Shown here one piece after another: positions 26,574 to 35,790 of a stretch of DNA of 37,287 nt. The notes beneath the pieces were generated by a model, which saw only the letters and a program-made list of their open reading frames with translations, was not told where the DNA came from and made no database searches. Position 1 is the first letter of the stretch; the number at the start of each line of letters is the position of its first letter. The position numbers and the translations under genes are program-made. The DNA comes from Candidatus Bathyarchaeia archaeon (GTDB lineage: Archaea > Thermoproteota > Bathyarchaeia > 40CM-2-53-6), in contig JBEKSC010000027.1 of assembly GCA_049517415.1 (NCBI GenBank), forward strand, positions 1 to 37,287, given 5' to 3'.

Positions 26574-27400
26574 GGCGAAGTTATCCCTTCAAAGAGCATT
26601 TGGGCAATTAGGGCGAGAACAATTACTAGGAATAGGTACCTCACCAATCGATTTGGTAACCGGTTCAACACTCTGCCTCCCACCAGCGCGCCAATAGTTG
26701 TCCCTACTGCCATTGGCGCTGCTAGGCTAACGAAGAGGAGCCCCGAAGCGAAGTAGACGCTTGCTCCAGCCAGGGCTGTAATCCCAATGATGAAATTACT
26801 GGTTGTCGTGGAGACTTTGGAAGGCATTTTCAAAATCAGTTCATGTATTGAGACTTTGAAAGCACCTGCACCGATGCCGAGCATACCCGCGGCCAATCCT
26901 GCGATCAGCATACACGGACCTCCTAGGAGGGCATTCTTCATCTTGTAGGAGACTTTTTTCTTCGCCGCCTCGTCGTAGTAACTCCCATCTAACTCCAACC
27001 ATTTCGAAAAGCTGTCTTGCTTTACGCGCTTCGGGAACTCCCCCCTCCGATGTCCCGACAACCCAAGAAAGGAGGTTAGAAGGAACCCTGCGAAGAAGAA
27101 ATACAGGAACCTCGGCGCAATGAAGGACGTAATTGTTGCCCCGATTATTGCTCCGACTATGGTGAACATTTCGAGGTAGAACGCGGCCTTGATGTTTGTT
27201 ATTCGTTCCTTGACGTATGCTGCGGCTGAGCCGCTTGAAGTTGCGATAATAGTCACCATACTTGCGGCGATTGCGTACTTGACAGGTACGCCGAAAGCGA
27301 CCAACACGGGGATCATGATGCTGCCCCCTCCGAGGCCGGTTAGGGATCCGAGGAATCCGGCCAAGAGTGCGATGATCAGCACGGAAAACAATTCAATCAA
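26570..27400 (-). CDS. TSUP/TauE-SafE family transporter
   Basis: AGFLGSLTGLGGG, IIATSSG, AGMLGIGAG and KVSTTTSNF; start likely TTG27400. Confidence 0.92.
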   Translation of the reverse strand: MIELFSVLIIALLAGFLGSLTGLGGGSIMIPVLVAFGVPVKYAIAASMVTIIATSSGSAAAYVKERITNIKAAFYLEMFTIVGAIIGATITSFIAPRFLYFFFAGFLLTSFLGLSGHRRGEFPKRVKQDSFSKWLELDGSYYDEAAKKKVSYKMKNALLGGPCMLIAGLAAGMLGIGAGAFKVSIHELILKMPSKVSTTTSNFIIGITALAGASVYFASGLLFVSLAAPMAVGTTIGALVGGRVLNRLPNRLVRYLFLVIVLALIAQMLFEGITSP

Positions 27401-27496
27401 TTTGGATTCAGGACCAACCTTAGGGCCCATTCCATGAGACGGGTACCCGAAAGCGCTAACCAAAATGGATTGAGTTCTTGGAAGAAGTAACTCGCC

Positions 27497-28654
27497 TTAG
27501 GGCGGAGGCGGCCTTGTGCCTAGGGTTACTTCGACGACCATGTACGTACCTCCCCTGATTATGCCGACGGCAATCTTCTGACCCGGAAGCGTATTTCTTT
27601 CGAGGTATGTTGATAACGAGTCATAGTTAACAATCCTGTATCCATCAATCGAAACGATGAGATCTCCACCGATTAAGTATGATTGTCCGTCAATGTCAAC
27701 AGTTATTGTCCCGTTCTTAAGACCCGCTTGTGCTGCTGGGCTTCCGGCCACCGTTTTCTGAATTAACACACCATATGTTATGTTGGTCCCCACTGCTTGT
27801 GAGAGTTGAAAGACCATGTCGACCCCTTCGATGCCCAAGTACGAATGCTTAGTGTATTTCCCGGTAGCTACAAGGGATGGGAGTTCGCGCACTATTGTGT
27901 CGGAGGGTATCGCGAAACCAAGACCTTCAGCGCCAGTTATACCGGCGGTTGTAATTCCCACAACTTTCCCATCAGCAGTCAGAAGCGGCCCTCCCGAATT
28001 CCCTGGGTTTATCGGCGCGCTGAACTGTATCGCATCAGCAATAGGGTACCCTGTGTTCCCGGAACCAGTATCGTAACTTATCGTTCGTCCCGTCTGGCTT
28101 ACGATCCCGTACGTTATACTACCCTTGTAGCCGTACGGGTTACCAATCGCAACTACCGGCTCACCGACCCTCAGGGAAGAAGACGGCGACAACTCCAATG
28201 GGTAAAGTTCCTGAGAAGGAGCCTGTGGGGAGATTATGCCCAAATCGCTGTAGGCGTCGAGGCCTACAATCTTTCCCCTGTAAGCGTCACCATTCGAAAA
28301 GGTCAGCGTCGTATTGACAAGGGAATCAACTACGTGAAAGTTGGTTACTACGTAGTATGACCCGGAGTATTGTATGATGAAGCCCGAAGCAGCAATACCC
28401 ACCCAAGTTGTCGCAAGGCCCGTCCCAGTGTCTACAATCTCATGTCTTACTCCTTCAATTGTCACGACGCTGCGGCTTGAATTAGCGTAAATCTCGGCGG
28501 AGTCAAATCCATTTGACCTCTGCGCGCTCAAGGTCATTCCATAGTATGCAGCAAGTGAGCCTAGGATTACGACGAGCACTAAGAGCGCGACGAGAGTTTC
28601 TTGCCGAACTCGAATAGTTCGCGCCTTTCGATGACTTGCTCGCCTACGAGGCAT
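27497..28654 (-). CDS. Membrane-anchored HtrA/DegP-like serine protease with PDZ domain
   Basis: TM anchor, TNFHV, SDL, INPGNSGGPL triad and C-terminal PDZ. Confidence 0.95.
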   Translation of the reverse strand: MPRRRASHRKARTIRVRQETLVALLVLVVILGSLAAYYGMTLSAQRSNGFDSAEIYANSSRSVVTIEGVRHEIVDTGTGLATTWVGIAASGFIIQYSGSYYVVTNFHVVDSLVNTTLTFSNGDAYRGKIVGLDAYSDLGIISPQAPSQELYPLELSPSSSLRVGEPVVAIGNPYGYKGSITYGIVSQTGRTISYDTGSGNTGYPIADAIQFSAPINPGNSGGPLLTADGKVVGITTAGITGAEGLGFAIPSDTIVRELPSLVATGKYTKHSYLGIEGVDMVFQLSQAVGTNITYGVLIQKTVAGSPAAQAGLKNGTITVDIDGQSYLIGGDLIVSIDGYRIVNYDSLSTYLERNTLPGQKIAVGIIRGGTYMVVEVTLGTRPPPP

Positions 28655-28786
28655 TGTTATGGACTCCGTGTTTTGTTTCAGCTCGGTTAGAAATTAGCCG
28701 CATAATAACTTGCCGCTGTTTTGGAATGGAAAATTGCCCTCACATGGCCTCTTTCTTCGTGTAACTCGCGTAGCTCATTTTTTGTG

Positions 28787-29446
28787 TTACATGAGCCTTG
28801 GAAATTTCACTGTGACCTCGCCTCTGATGGTTATATCAGCGTAGTGTCCGCGTTGGGCTGACCCAGTGTTGACTATCGTGGTTGAACCGATCGTATCAGT
28901 CCCCTGAGATTCGTGTACATGGCCCGAAACGACTAATGTGGGCTCCGTCTTCTCAATGAAACTTCGGACGGCTATGCTTCCAACGTGTTCGCCGCTGGAT
29001 ACCTGATCGACCTTGGTGTTCTTAGGTGGGCAGTGCGATACGAGAATGAGCAATCCGCCTCCACAATTCTTGGAGGCTTCTTCGATGAGCGCTTCTGCTT
29101 CTTCTTCACTGTACTCAAAGACGGTACTGAAGGGACCGCGCGGAGAGCCGCCCAAACCTATCAGTGACACGCCTTCTACGCTTCGGCATCTCGCATGGAG
29201 TGCGTGAACGTTTTCCCCTCCTGTCCAGTCTCCAAGCTCTCGACCGTCCATGTTGCCCGGAACAAAGTATACCGGGTGTCCAACTTTCCCTAAATCCAAG
29301 AGTAATTGCTTGGCTCGGTTTGAGTCGTAATTGATTATGTCGCCAGCGACGATTACAAAATCGGGCCTCTCATTCGCAATTAGTTCCTTTGCGTGTCGAT
29401 ATGCTTCTTGATTTCCATGAAAATCGGTAAAAGCCAATATTCTCAA
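28787..29446 (-). CDS. Calcineurin-like metallophosphoesterase
   Basis: DFHG, AGD, PGNMD, SHCPP and GHVHE; start likely TTG29446. Confidence 0.92.
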   Translation of the reverse strand: MRILAFTDFHGNQEAYRHAKELIANERPDFVIVAGDIINYDSNRAKQLLLDLGKVGHPVYFVPGNMDGRELGDWTGGENVHALHARCRSVEGVSLIGLGGSPRGPFSTVFEYSEEEAEALIEEASKNCGGGLLILVSHCPPKNTKVDQVSSGEHVGSIAVRSFIEKTEPTLVVSGHVHESQGTDTIGSTTIVNTGSAQRGHYADITIRGEVTVKFPRLM

Positions 29447-29475
29447 GGAACACCTATCCAGTACGGAACCCCGTT

Positions 29476-30636
29476 TCAATGAGGCCAGTGGGTATTCGCG
29501 AAAACCGCACGTGCTGCCGCTACGCCTTCTCCAGGTTTGAGTTTGTGGCCTTGTTCGATTAGGGCGGATTCAAGGGCGGTTGCGGTTGCTAGAATCTCGA
29601 ATTCTGAAACGCTTCCCATCACACCAATTCGGAATAGCTGGCCCTTCGTTTTACCCATACCCCCAGCTATGACGACGCGGTACTTCCTGTTCAATGTACC
29701 CCGGAAGTTCTTGTCGTCCATGTCGCTGGGATATTTGATTGCCAATACGGTTGTTGACCTGACTTCTTTTCGAGCATACATTTCTAGGCCCATGGCTTCT
29801 ACCGCAGCGTACATGGCGTTGGCACATGTGGCGTGTCTTTTGAATCGTTTTTCGAGGCCTTCTTCGCGGATCATCTGAAGCGCTTCGTCAAGAGCGAAGA
29901 AGAGTGTCACGGCGGGAGTGTATGGGGTTTCCTTATTCTCATCCCAGAATGTCTTACAGAGTTGAAGGTCGAAGTAGTATGAGCGAGGGGCCTTCTTGAC
30001 GGCCTCCCACGCTCTTGGGCTAACTGAGATTAGGGCGAGGCCTGGAGGTGTCATGAGACATTTCTGGCTGCCAGTTACGCATATATCGACACTCCATTCA
30101 TCGACTGGAAGTGGGACGCCGCCTTGAATTGATATGGCATCTACGAGGAAGAGGGCGCCATATTTGTGGCAGACTTCGCCGATTTGCTTAAGGTTCGGCG
30201 TAGTAACGCCCGTTGATGTTTCATTGTAGATTATCGCCAAGGCTGTGACTGGAGAATTCTTCTGTAGGATGTCCTCAACCTGGGCAACGGTTACGGCATT
30301 TCCCCACTCAACAGGTATCTCAATCCCTCTGCCGCCTAGTAAGTTCACGGCTTCCAAGAACCGTTGGCTGAAAACACCATTAACCGGTACAATGATCTTG
30401 CTGCCCTGCGAGCAAATATTTCTGACGGCACATTCGACGCTGCCCGTTCCGGATGCTGAAAGAACAAATAGATCGTTTTTCGTTCCGAAAACGTACTTTG
30501 CATTATCGATTATTCGGGAATGAAGCTCGCGGAATTCTGGCCCTCGATGGTTTATCATTGGCCGCAGCATCGCATTCGCAACACGTGTCGGAACGTTTGT
30601 TGGCCCAGGTAACATGATCAATTGCTTTGTTTCCAA
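29476..30636 (-). CDS. Class V PLP aminotransferase (alanine-glyoxylate/serine-pyruvate type)
   Basis: LPGPT, NETSTG, VDAIS, GSQKCL..PPG, TPYTP and FRIG.MG. Confidence 0.94.
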   Translation of the reverse strand: METKQLIMLPGPTNVPTRVANAMLRPMINHRGPEFRELHSRIIDNAKYVFGTKNDLFVLSASGTGSVECAVRNICSQGSKIIVPVNGVFSQRFLEAVNLLGGRGIEIPVEWGNAVTVAQVEDILQKNSPVTALAIIYNETSTGVTTPNLKQIGEVCHKYGALFLVDAISIQGGVPLPVDEWSVDICVTGSQKCLMTPPGLALISVSPRAWEAVKKAPRSYYFDLQLCKTFWDENKETPYTPAVTLFFALDEALQMIREEGLEKRFKRHATCANAMYAAVEAMGLEMYARKEVRSTTVLAIKYPSDMDDKNFRGTLNRKYRVVIAGGMGKTKGQLFRIGVMGSVSEFEILATATALESALIEQGHKLKPGEGVAAARAVFANTHWPH

Positions 30637-30781
30637 GTTCGAATCTCCAGCTGTAGGGCGAGGAATGGACTGTTCACTGAAAACCTTTTCCTAGGAGTCC
30701 CGTAGGTGGCATTCAAGTTGATTGGAAGGGCTTTTCAGTAGCGCCTCCGGTTGTGATTGGCGTAGAGTGAGATTGTAGAAT

Positions 30782-32032
30782 TTGTCGGTTAAGCTTGGGA
30801 AGATTATGGGGATCCCGGTTCGGATCCATTACACGTTATGGTTTGTTTTCATTCTAATTGCTTGGTCCCTATCCTATGAGTACATGCCGCACCAGTATCC
30901 CGGCTTAAGCACGGTCACCTACTGGACAATCGGAATTTCGTCGGCAATAGTTCTGTTCGCTTCCGTCCTCGTCCACGAACTATCACACTCGTATATTGCC
31001 AAGAAGAACGGATTACCGATTGCGAGGATTACGCTATTCTTCTTTGGCGGAGTCTCAGAGATGTCTGAGGAACCTCAGGATGCAGGGTTAGAGGTCCGTA
31101 TGGCTGCTGCCGGCCCGTTGATGAGTTTCCTGATTGCAGGTGTGCTGGGCGGACTCTGGTATATCGCTGAACTAGTCGGCTTACCCATCGTCATATCGGC
31201 CACGGTCGGTTATGGAGCCCTGATCAACGCGGTTCTTGGCGCGTTTAACTTGCTACCCGCATTTCCACTTGATGGTGGGCGGGTGTTTCGCGGGAGCTTG
31301 TGGAAACATTCGAAAAATCTTGTTGGCGCCACACGGACGGCCACCCGCGTTAGTGAAGCTTTCTCGCTTCTCATGATGCTTGGGGGTTTCGTCGCGATAA
31401 TTCTCGGAGACTTCGTTGACGGAATTTGGATCATAGTTCTTGGTTGGTTCATAAAATCTGGTGCCGAGACGAGCCTGAGGCAGACACTCCTCGGAGAAAC
31501 CCTGACGGGTGTAAGAGTCGGTGACATTATGACCCGAGGAGTACTGACGGTATCACCAGAAATCACCGTTCAACAGCTTGTGTCCGACTATTTCCTCGTT
31601 CATCCTCACGAGGGCTACCCTGTGATGAAGGATGGCCAGTTGCTCGGGTTGGTTACGTTGCAGTCTGCGCGGGCGATTCCGAAGGAGCAGCGGGCCACTG
31701 AAACGGTGGCCCAAGCGATGGTCCCCTATGAACGTGCACCCATTGTTCAATCTGATGGGTCGGCGTTAGACGCTATGCATAGGATGGCCCGAGAGAGAGT
31801 TGAAATGATGCTGGTCACGGAAGGCGGTCGGCTACTCGGTGTAGTCACCCGCGGCGATTTGATAAAAACCATTCAAACGAGACAGGAATTAGAGCTACAT
31901 CCAGTTTGGCAACCCGCCGCAACCCCAGTTGCTGTCCAATACTGCGTGCAATGCGGCGCACAATTACAGGTTGGAACGCAAATTTGCCCTCACTGTAACG
32001 CAAAGCAACCTGAGCAGGCTAACCTTCGCTAA
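30782..32032 (+). CDS. Site-2 protease (M50) with CBS pair and C-terminal zinc ribbon
   Basis: HELSH, AAAGP, FNLLPAFPLDGGR, two CBS repeats and CVQC...CPHC. Confidence 0.94.
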   Translation: MSVKLGKIMGIPVRIHYTLWFVFILIAWSLSYEYMPHQYPGLSTVTYWTIGISSAIVLFASVLVHELSHSYIAKKNGLPIARITLFFFGGVSEMSEEPQDAGLEVRMAAAGPLMSFLIAGVLGGLWYIAELVGLPIVISATVGYGALINAVLGAFNLLPAFPLDGGRVFRGSLWKHSKNLVGATRTATRVSEAFSLLMMLGGFVAIILGDFVDGIWIIVLGWFIKSGAETSLRQTLLGETLTGVRVGDIMTRGVLTVSPEITVQQLVSDYFLVHPHEGYPVMKDGQLLGLVTLQSARAIPKEQRATETVAQAMVPYERAPIVQSDGSALDAMHRMARERVEMMLVTEGGRLLGVVTRGDLIKTIQTRQELELHPVWQPAATPVAVQYCVQCGAQLQVGTQICPHCNAKQPEQANLR

Positions 32033-32061
32033 ACGAAGCCTACTCGTTTCCATCACAGCCT

Positions 32062-32077
32062 TCCGACGTATGCGTCG
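32062..32077. terminator. Hairpin between convergent genes
   Basis: CCGACG-TATG-CGTCGG, with flanking TCACA...TGTGA. Confidence 0.3.
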
Positions 32078-32164
32078 GCCCTTGTGACGCCAATCTCTTT
32101 GAGCGTAGTATAACGGCAGTACCGGTCGAGAACTTCCATGTTATAGGAGATGCCTTCGCAGGGT

Positions 32165-34300
32165 TCAGTTGCGGGGGGATTGGAGTTGTTTCCATAGAAC
32201 GACGGCGGGATGGTTGACTGAGAGCGACGTGCCGTGCTCTATCTGCATCTTGCAAACGCTACTCTCAGTTAAGACTTGGCTAAGGCCTAGGGTCTTCAAC
32301 CTTTCAAAGAGTGTTTCGCCGATCGCCATTGAGACATCGTATCCTTCGGGACCTTTCTTGAACCCAAAGGTGCCTGCTATTCCGCAGCAGGTATTGTACC
32401 TCACGGGGCGTACGTCTATTCCGGCGAGTTTCAGAATTTCTAGGGCGTTGGATTTTCCGTAGACGCTTCTTGTGTGACATGGGGAATAATACGCGACCGG
32501 CCCCACAGTAGCTTTCGGAAAGTCTCTTAGTTTTCCTTCGTGGTGCATTTGTAACATGTATTCGAAAAGGTCGTGGGAATGTGTTGCGACCAAACTAGCT
32601 TCTTCTGAATTGAGAAGTCTAGGATAGAGCTCGTTCAAACAATAGGTTGCCGTTGGCTCTGAAGAAACTATTTCACAGCCATCCCTCACGGACTCGGCGA
32701 GCTTTGGAATGTTGAATTCAGCTGCACGTGTGGTTCTTTTCATGTCACCATAGAGGAAGGCTGGGATCCCGCTACCGATTTGTTTGGGAAGGGTCACCTT
32801 GCAATCGTTGTACTCGAGAATTCCGATGACCGCTTTGCCAATTTCTGGTTCGCACACGTCGGCGTATGTGTCAACGAAATAGGCTACTGGCCTTGAGCCT
32901 CTGCTTGTGTGGGAACCATACCATTTCTTGAACGTATGTCGGTTAAAGGGTGGGAAAGGGCGCCGTGCATCTAAGCCTAGAAGGCTTTGGAGCATTCGCC
33001 TGAAGGCCTTCCGCCCCATGAAAAAGTTTGAGATAGGGGCTGTTGTGCTTGCGAAGCCAACGAAGGTTTCATAATTGCAGAAGGTTCTGTTTATCGATAG
33101 TTGCCCGTGCCGGTGTGTGTACCTTTCTTTGACTTGGGCTATGAGTAGCGGAATGTTGATGTCCTCTGGGCAGACGCTTTGACATAAACCGCATGAAATG
33201 CAAAGGGACGCGAATTGTCCTGCAGCGTCCGGGGTTGCGGTGTACTCGGTCCAAGGAATTCCAATAGGGCCTGGGTAGATGTAACCGAACACGTGGCCGC
33301 CAAATAGTCTGAAGGTGGGGCAGATATCCATGCAAGCCCCACACCGCAAGCAATACAAGGCCTCCCGAAAGTTCGGGTCTGTCAGCATCTTTGAGCGACC
33401 GTTATCGATGATGAGAATGTGTTGTTCTTGCGGTTGGTCTGTCTGCGCGAGCTTGCTTCCACCTCTAACGATAGTGACGTAGCTGGTTAATTTTCGAGCT
33501 GCGGAGCTCAAAATCAAGGTTTGCAAAAGCGTGAAGGCGTCGGCTGTGTTCGGGACAATCTTTTCTGACCCTAGGATGGAGATGGTCATGCGTGGGAGAG
33601 CTGTGACGAGGCGGGCATTGCCCTCATTGCTCACAATCATGATTGCACCCGAATCGGCGATTGCAAAGTTCGCGCCAGTAATCCCGACATCGGCCTGTAG
33701 AAACTCATTTCTAAGAGACTCTCTTGCCACTGCTGTTATTGTTCCAGGGTCGGCAGGCAGCTGCTTACCCAGCTTTTTCGAGAATAGTTCGGTGATCTCT
33801 TCCACGGTCATGTGAAGGGCTGGAGCGGTGATATGGGAGGGTCGTTGGTTGGCGAGTTGGACTATTCTTTCGCCTAGGTCGGTCTCAACAACATCTAGTC
33901 CTTCCTTCTCGAGGTGCTGGCGAAGGTCGATCTCCTCGCTTGTCATTGATTTTGCTTTGACTATACGCCTAGCTCCCGCCTCATGCACGAGGCCTATAAC
34001 AACTTGGACAGCTGTTGCTCCGTCGTGTGCAAAATGCACTTGGAAGCCGGATGCTTCTGCGGCCTGAGTGAATTTCTTGATGTTGTTATCCAGGTTTTCT
34101 ATTGACTGACGCTTGATTCTCCTTGCCTCTCGAAGCAACCAGTTTCCGTTAGGGAGCTCGGAATACGCTTTCTCGCTTGCTTCGCGTTCCCCTTCAGTCC
34201 CAAGGTATAGCTGTGCCCTTCGTCGCTTATCTCCGATACCGTCTGTGATTTTGCTGATCAGTTGCTCATGGGCTTTGAGGCCGATCTTATCCAAAGTCAT
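32165..34300 (-). CDS. LutB/LldF-like LUD + 2x[4Fe-4S] protein fused to GlpC/LutA-like CCG domains
   Basis: KAKSMTSEEI, ETDLGE, PSHI..PALH, NEGNARL, CLRCGACMDICP, CISCGLCQSVCP and C-terminal PCH...CCGIAG...SSVC. Confidence 0.88.
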   Translation of the reverse strand: MTLDKIGLKAHEQLISKITDGIGDKRRRAQLYLGTEGEREASEKAYSELPNGNWLLREARRIKRQSIENLDNNIKKFTQAAEASGFQVHFAHDGATAVQVVIGLVHEAGARRIVKAKSMTSEEIDLRQHLEKEGLDVVETDLGERIVQLANQRPSHITAPALHMTVEEITELFSKKLGKQLPADPGTITAVARESLRNEFLQADVGITGANFAIADSGAIMIVSNEGNARLVTALPRMTISILGSEKIVPNTADAFTLLQTLILSSAARKLTSYVTIVRGGSKLAQTDQPQEQHILIIDNGRSKMLTDPNFREALYCLRCGACMDICPTFRLFGGHVFGYIYPGPIGIPWTEYTATPDAAGQFASLCISCGLCQSVCPEDINIPLLIAQVKERYTHRHGQLSINRTFCNYETFVGFASTTAPISNFFMGRKAFRRMLQSLLGLDARRPFPPFNRHTFKKWYGSHTSRGSRPVAYFVDTYADVCEPEIGKAVIGILEYNDCKVTLPKQIGSGIPAFLYGDMKRTTRAAEFNIPKLAESVRDGCEIVSSEPTATYCLNELYPRLLNSEEASLVATHSHDLFEYMLQMHHEGKLRDFPKATVGPVAYYSPCHTRSVYGKSNALEILKLAGIDVRPVRYNTCCGIAGTFGFKKGPEGYDVSMAIGETLFERLKTLGLSQVLTESSVCKMQIEHGTSLSVNHPAVVLWKQLQSPRN

Positions 34301-34893
34301 CGGCCTCCCGGAATGTCTTGGTCGAGGAGTAGGACATGCAATTCTTTCGGCCCATGCGCTCCTAAGATGCTGATGCCCCCAACATCCGCGGTTCTGCTCG
34401 AGGCGGAGATGAGTGAAATTGAAAACGCGGCTGAATTATTCATAAGAAGTTGTGAAATCTGCTTCTGCGCATCATCGAGCGCGAAGACCAGCCTAGAACG
34501 GGGGAGAATCGCGACGTGGACTAATGGCAGTGCTGTGACGAGTCGGTCCAATTCATCCGCCGTTGCAATAATCAATGTCCCCGTTTCTGCGACACCTAAG
34601 TCTGCACTAGTGACCCCAATCTCAGCTGCCTTAAGCGCTTCGAAGAAGTCTGCCCTCTCCATGTTTGCCCGACTTATGAGATCGCAAGGGATGGGAAGTT
34701 TGGGAAATAGTAATTGGGAAGAGAGATCTACTCCACAGACTGCTATTCGCCTCGCTTTCATTGTGGAAGCCAATTTACCTACGTACTCGGTGACTTCGAC
34801 GAAATTTGTCACGGAGAGGAAATAACCGCCCACCGCTTTCACTTGAGCGCTGAACCTAGTTACGAGGTCCTCAGAATTGCGACCATATGACAT
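34297..34893 (-). CDS. lutC: LutC/YkgG-like LUD-domain protein
   Basis: GVT.AD.GVAETGT, LP..H.A and SRTADV......GAHGP..LHV; ATGA overlap with the downstream gene; start likely ATG34893. Confidence 0.88.
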   Translation of the reverse strand: MSYGRNSEDLVTRFSAQVKAVGGYFLSVTNFVEVTEYVGKLASTMKARRIAVCGVDLSSQLLFPKLPIPCDLISRANMERADFFEALKAAEIGVTSADLGVAETGTLIIATADELDRLVTALPLVHVAILPRSRLVFALDDAQKQISQLLMNNSAAFSISLISASSRTADVGGISILGAHGPKELHVLLLDQDIPGGR

Positions 34894-34909
34894 GAGTTCT
34901 GGAATCGAC

Positions 34910-35539
34910 CTACCATTTGTTCTCATGGATGAAATTCTCGATTGGATGCCGTTTGGGCTCGGTGAAGCGCGACGCAGGGTAACCCACGTAAATCAGTATT
35001 GCTGGCTTCACGTAATCGGGAAGTTGAAGAACACGCTTCAGTTCGGTAATTCGAAACAGCGGGAAGATTGAAATGGCTGTTCCTAGACCCAAAGCTCGCG
35101 CTGCCAATAGGAGGTTTTGCACGGCTGGGAATACGGAGGCCCAGTTCGACTGCTCCTCAAGCCAAGCCCACTCATCCGTAAGCCGCTTTGCCCGTCTCGT
35201 GTTGAGACATGCAAAAATTAGAACCGGAATCTTGTCGGTGTTCTGAGCGAGCCAGGCTACTGGGTTCGTGGAGGATAGAAATTCTGGGACAGAATCCTTA
35301 GGGATCCGCAAGTTAGACCGTGCGTATGTTTCAAGCCCTTGAACCACAAGTTCGCGTAGTTGCCCCTTGACGGCGGTGTCTGTGATCAGAATGAACTCCC
35401 ACGGTTGCGAGTTTCCGCCTGAGGGTGCCATTCCTGCAGCGGTTAGAATTGCTTGAATCTTCTCCGGTTCCACCGGATCACTCTTTAGGCGCCGCATACT
35501 CCGCAGAGTTCTAATAGCTTCTTGAGCTGTGACCGCCAA
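34910..35539 (-). CDS. Nitroreductase-family flavoprotein
   Basis: RSMRRL, APSGGNSQPWEF and AVQNLLLAARALGLG; start likely TTG35539. Confidence 0.9.
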   Translation of the reverse strand: MAVTAQEAIRTLRSMRRLKSDPVEPEKIQAILTAAGMAPSGGNSQPWEFILITDTAVKGQLRELVVQGLETYARSNLRIPKDSVPEFLSSTNPVAWLAQNTDKIPVLIFACLNTRRAKRLTDEWAWLEEQSNWASVFPAVQNLLLAARALGLGTAISIFPLFRITELKRVLQLPDYVKPAILIYVGYPASRFTEPKRHPIENFIHENKW

Positions 35540-35790
35540 CCCAACCATCACACGCCGAAGAAATAACAAAGTCGCCTTATGGCTTCAGCGCAAAACCCGA
35601 TTTGGGAAACTAGTACTCACGATAATGGCATAATGCCTTTCAATAGTCGATTGCCTTTAATACTTACCCGCGTAAAACGCGCCCCCGATTGGCATATGGT
35701 ACTGAAAAAAACTGCGCTTGATAGTACAGGACTTAGTTCTCAAACATCAAAACGATTGAGATAAAGAACACGAGTCGCATTATTACGCCA

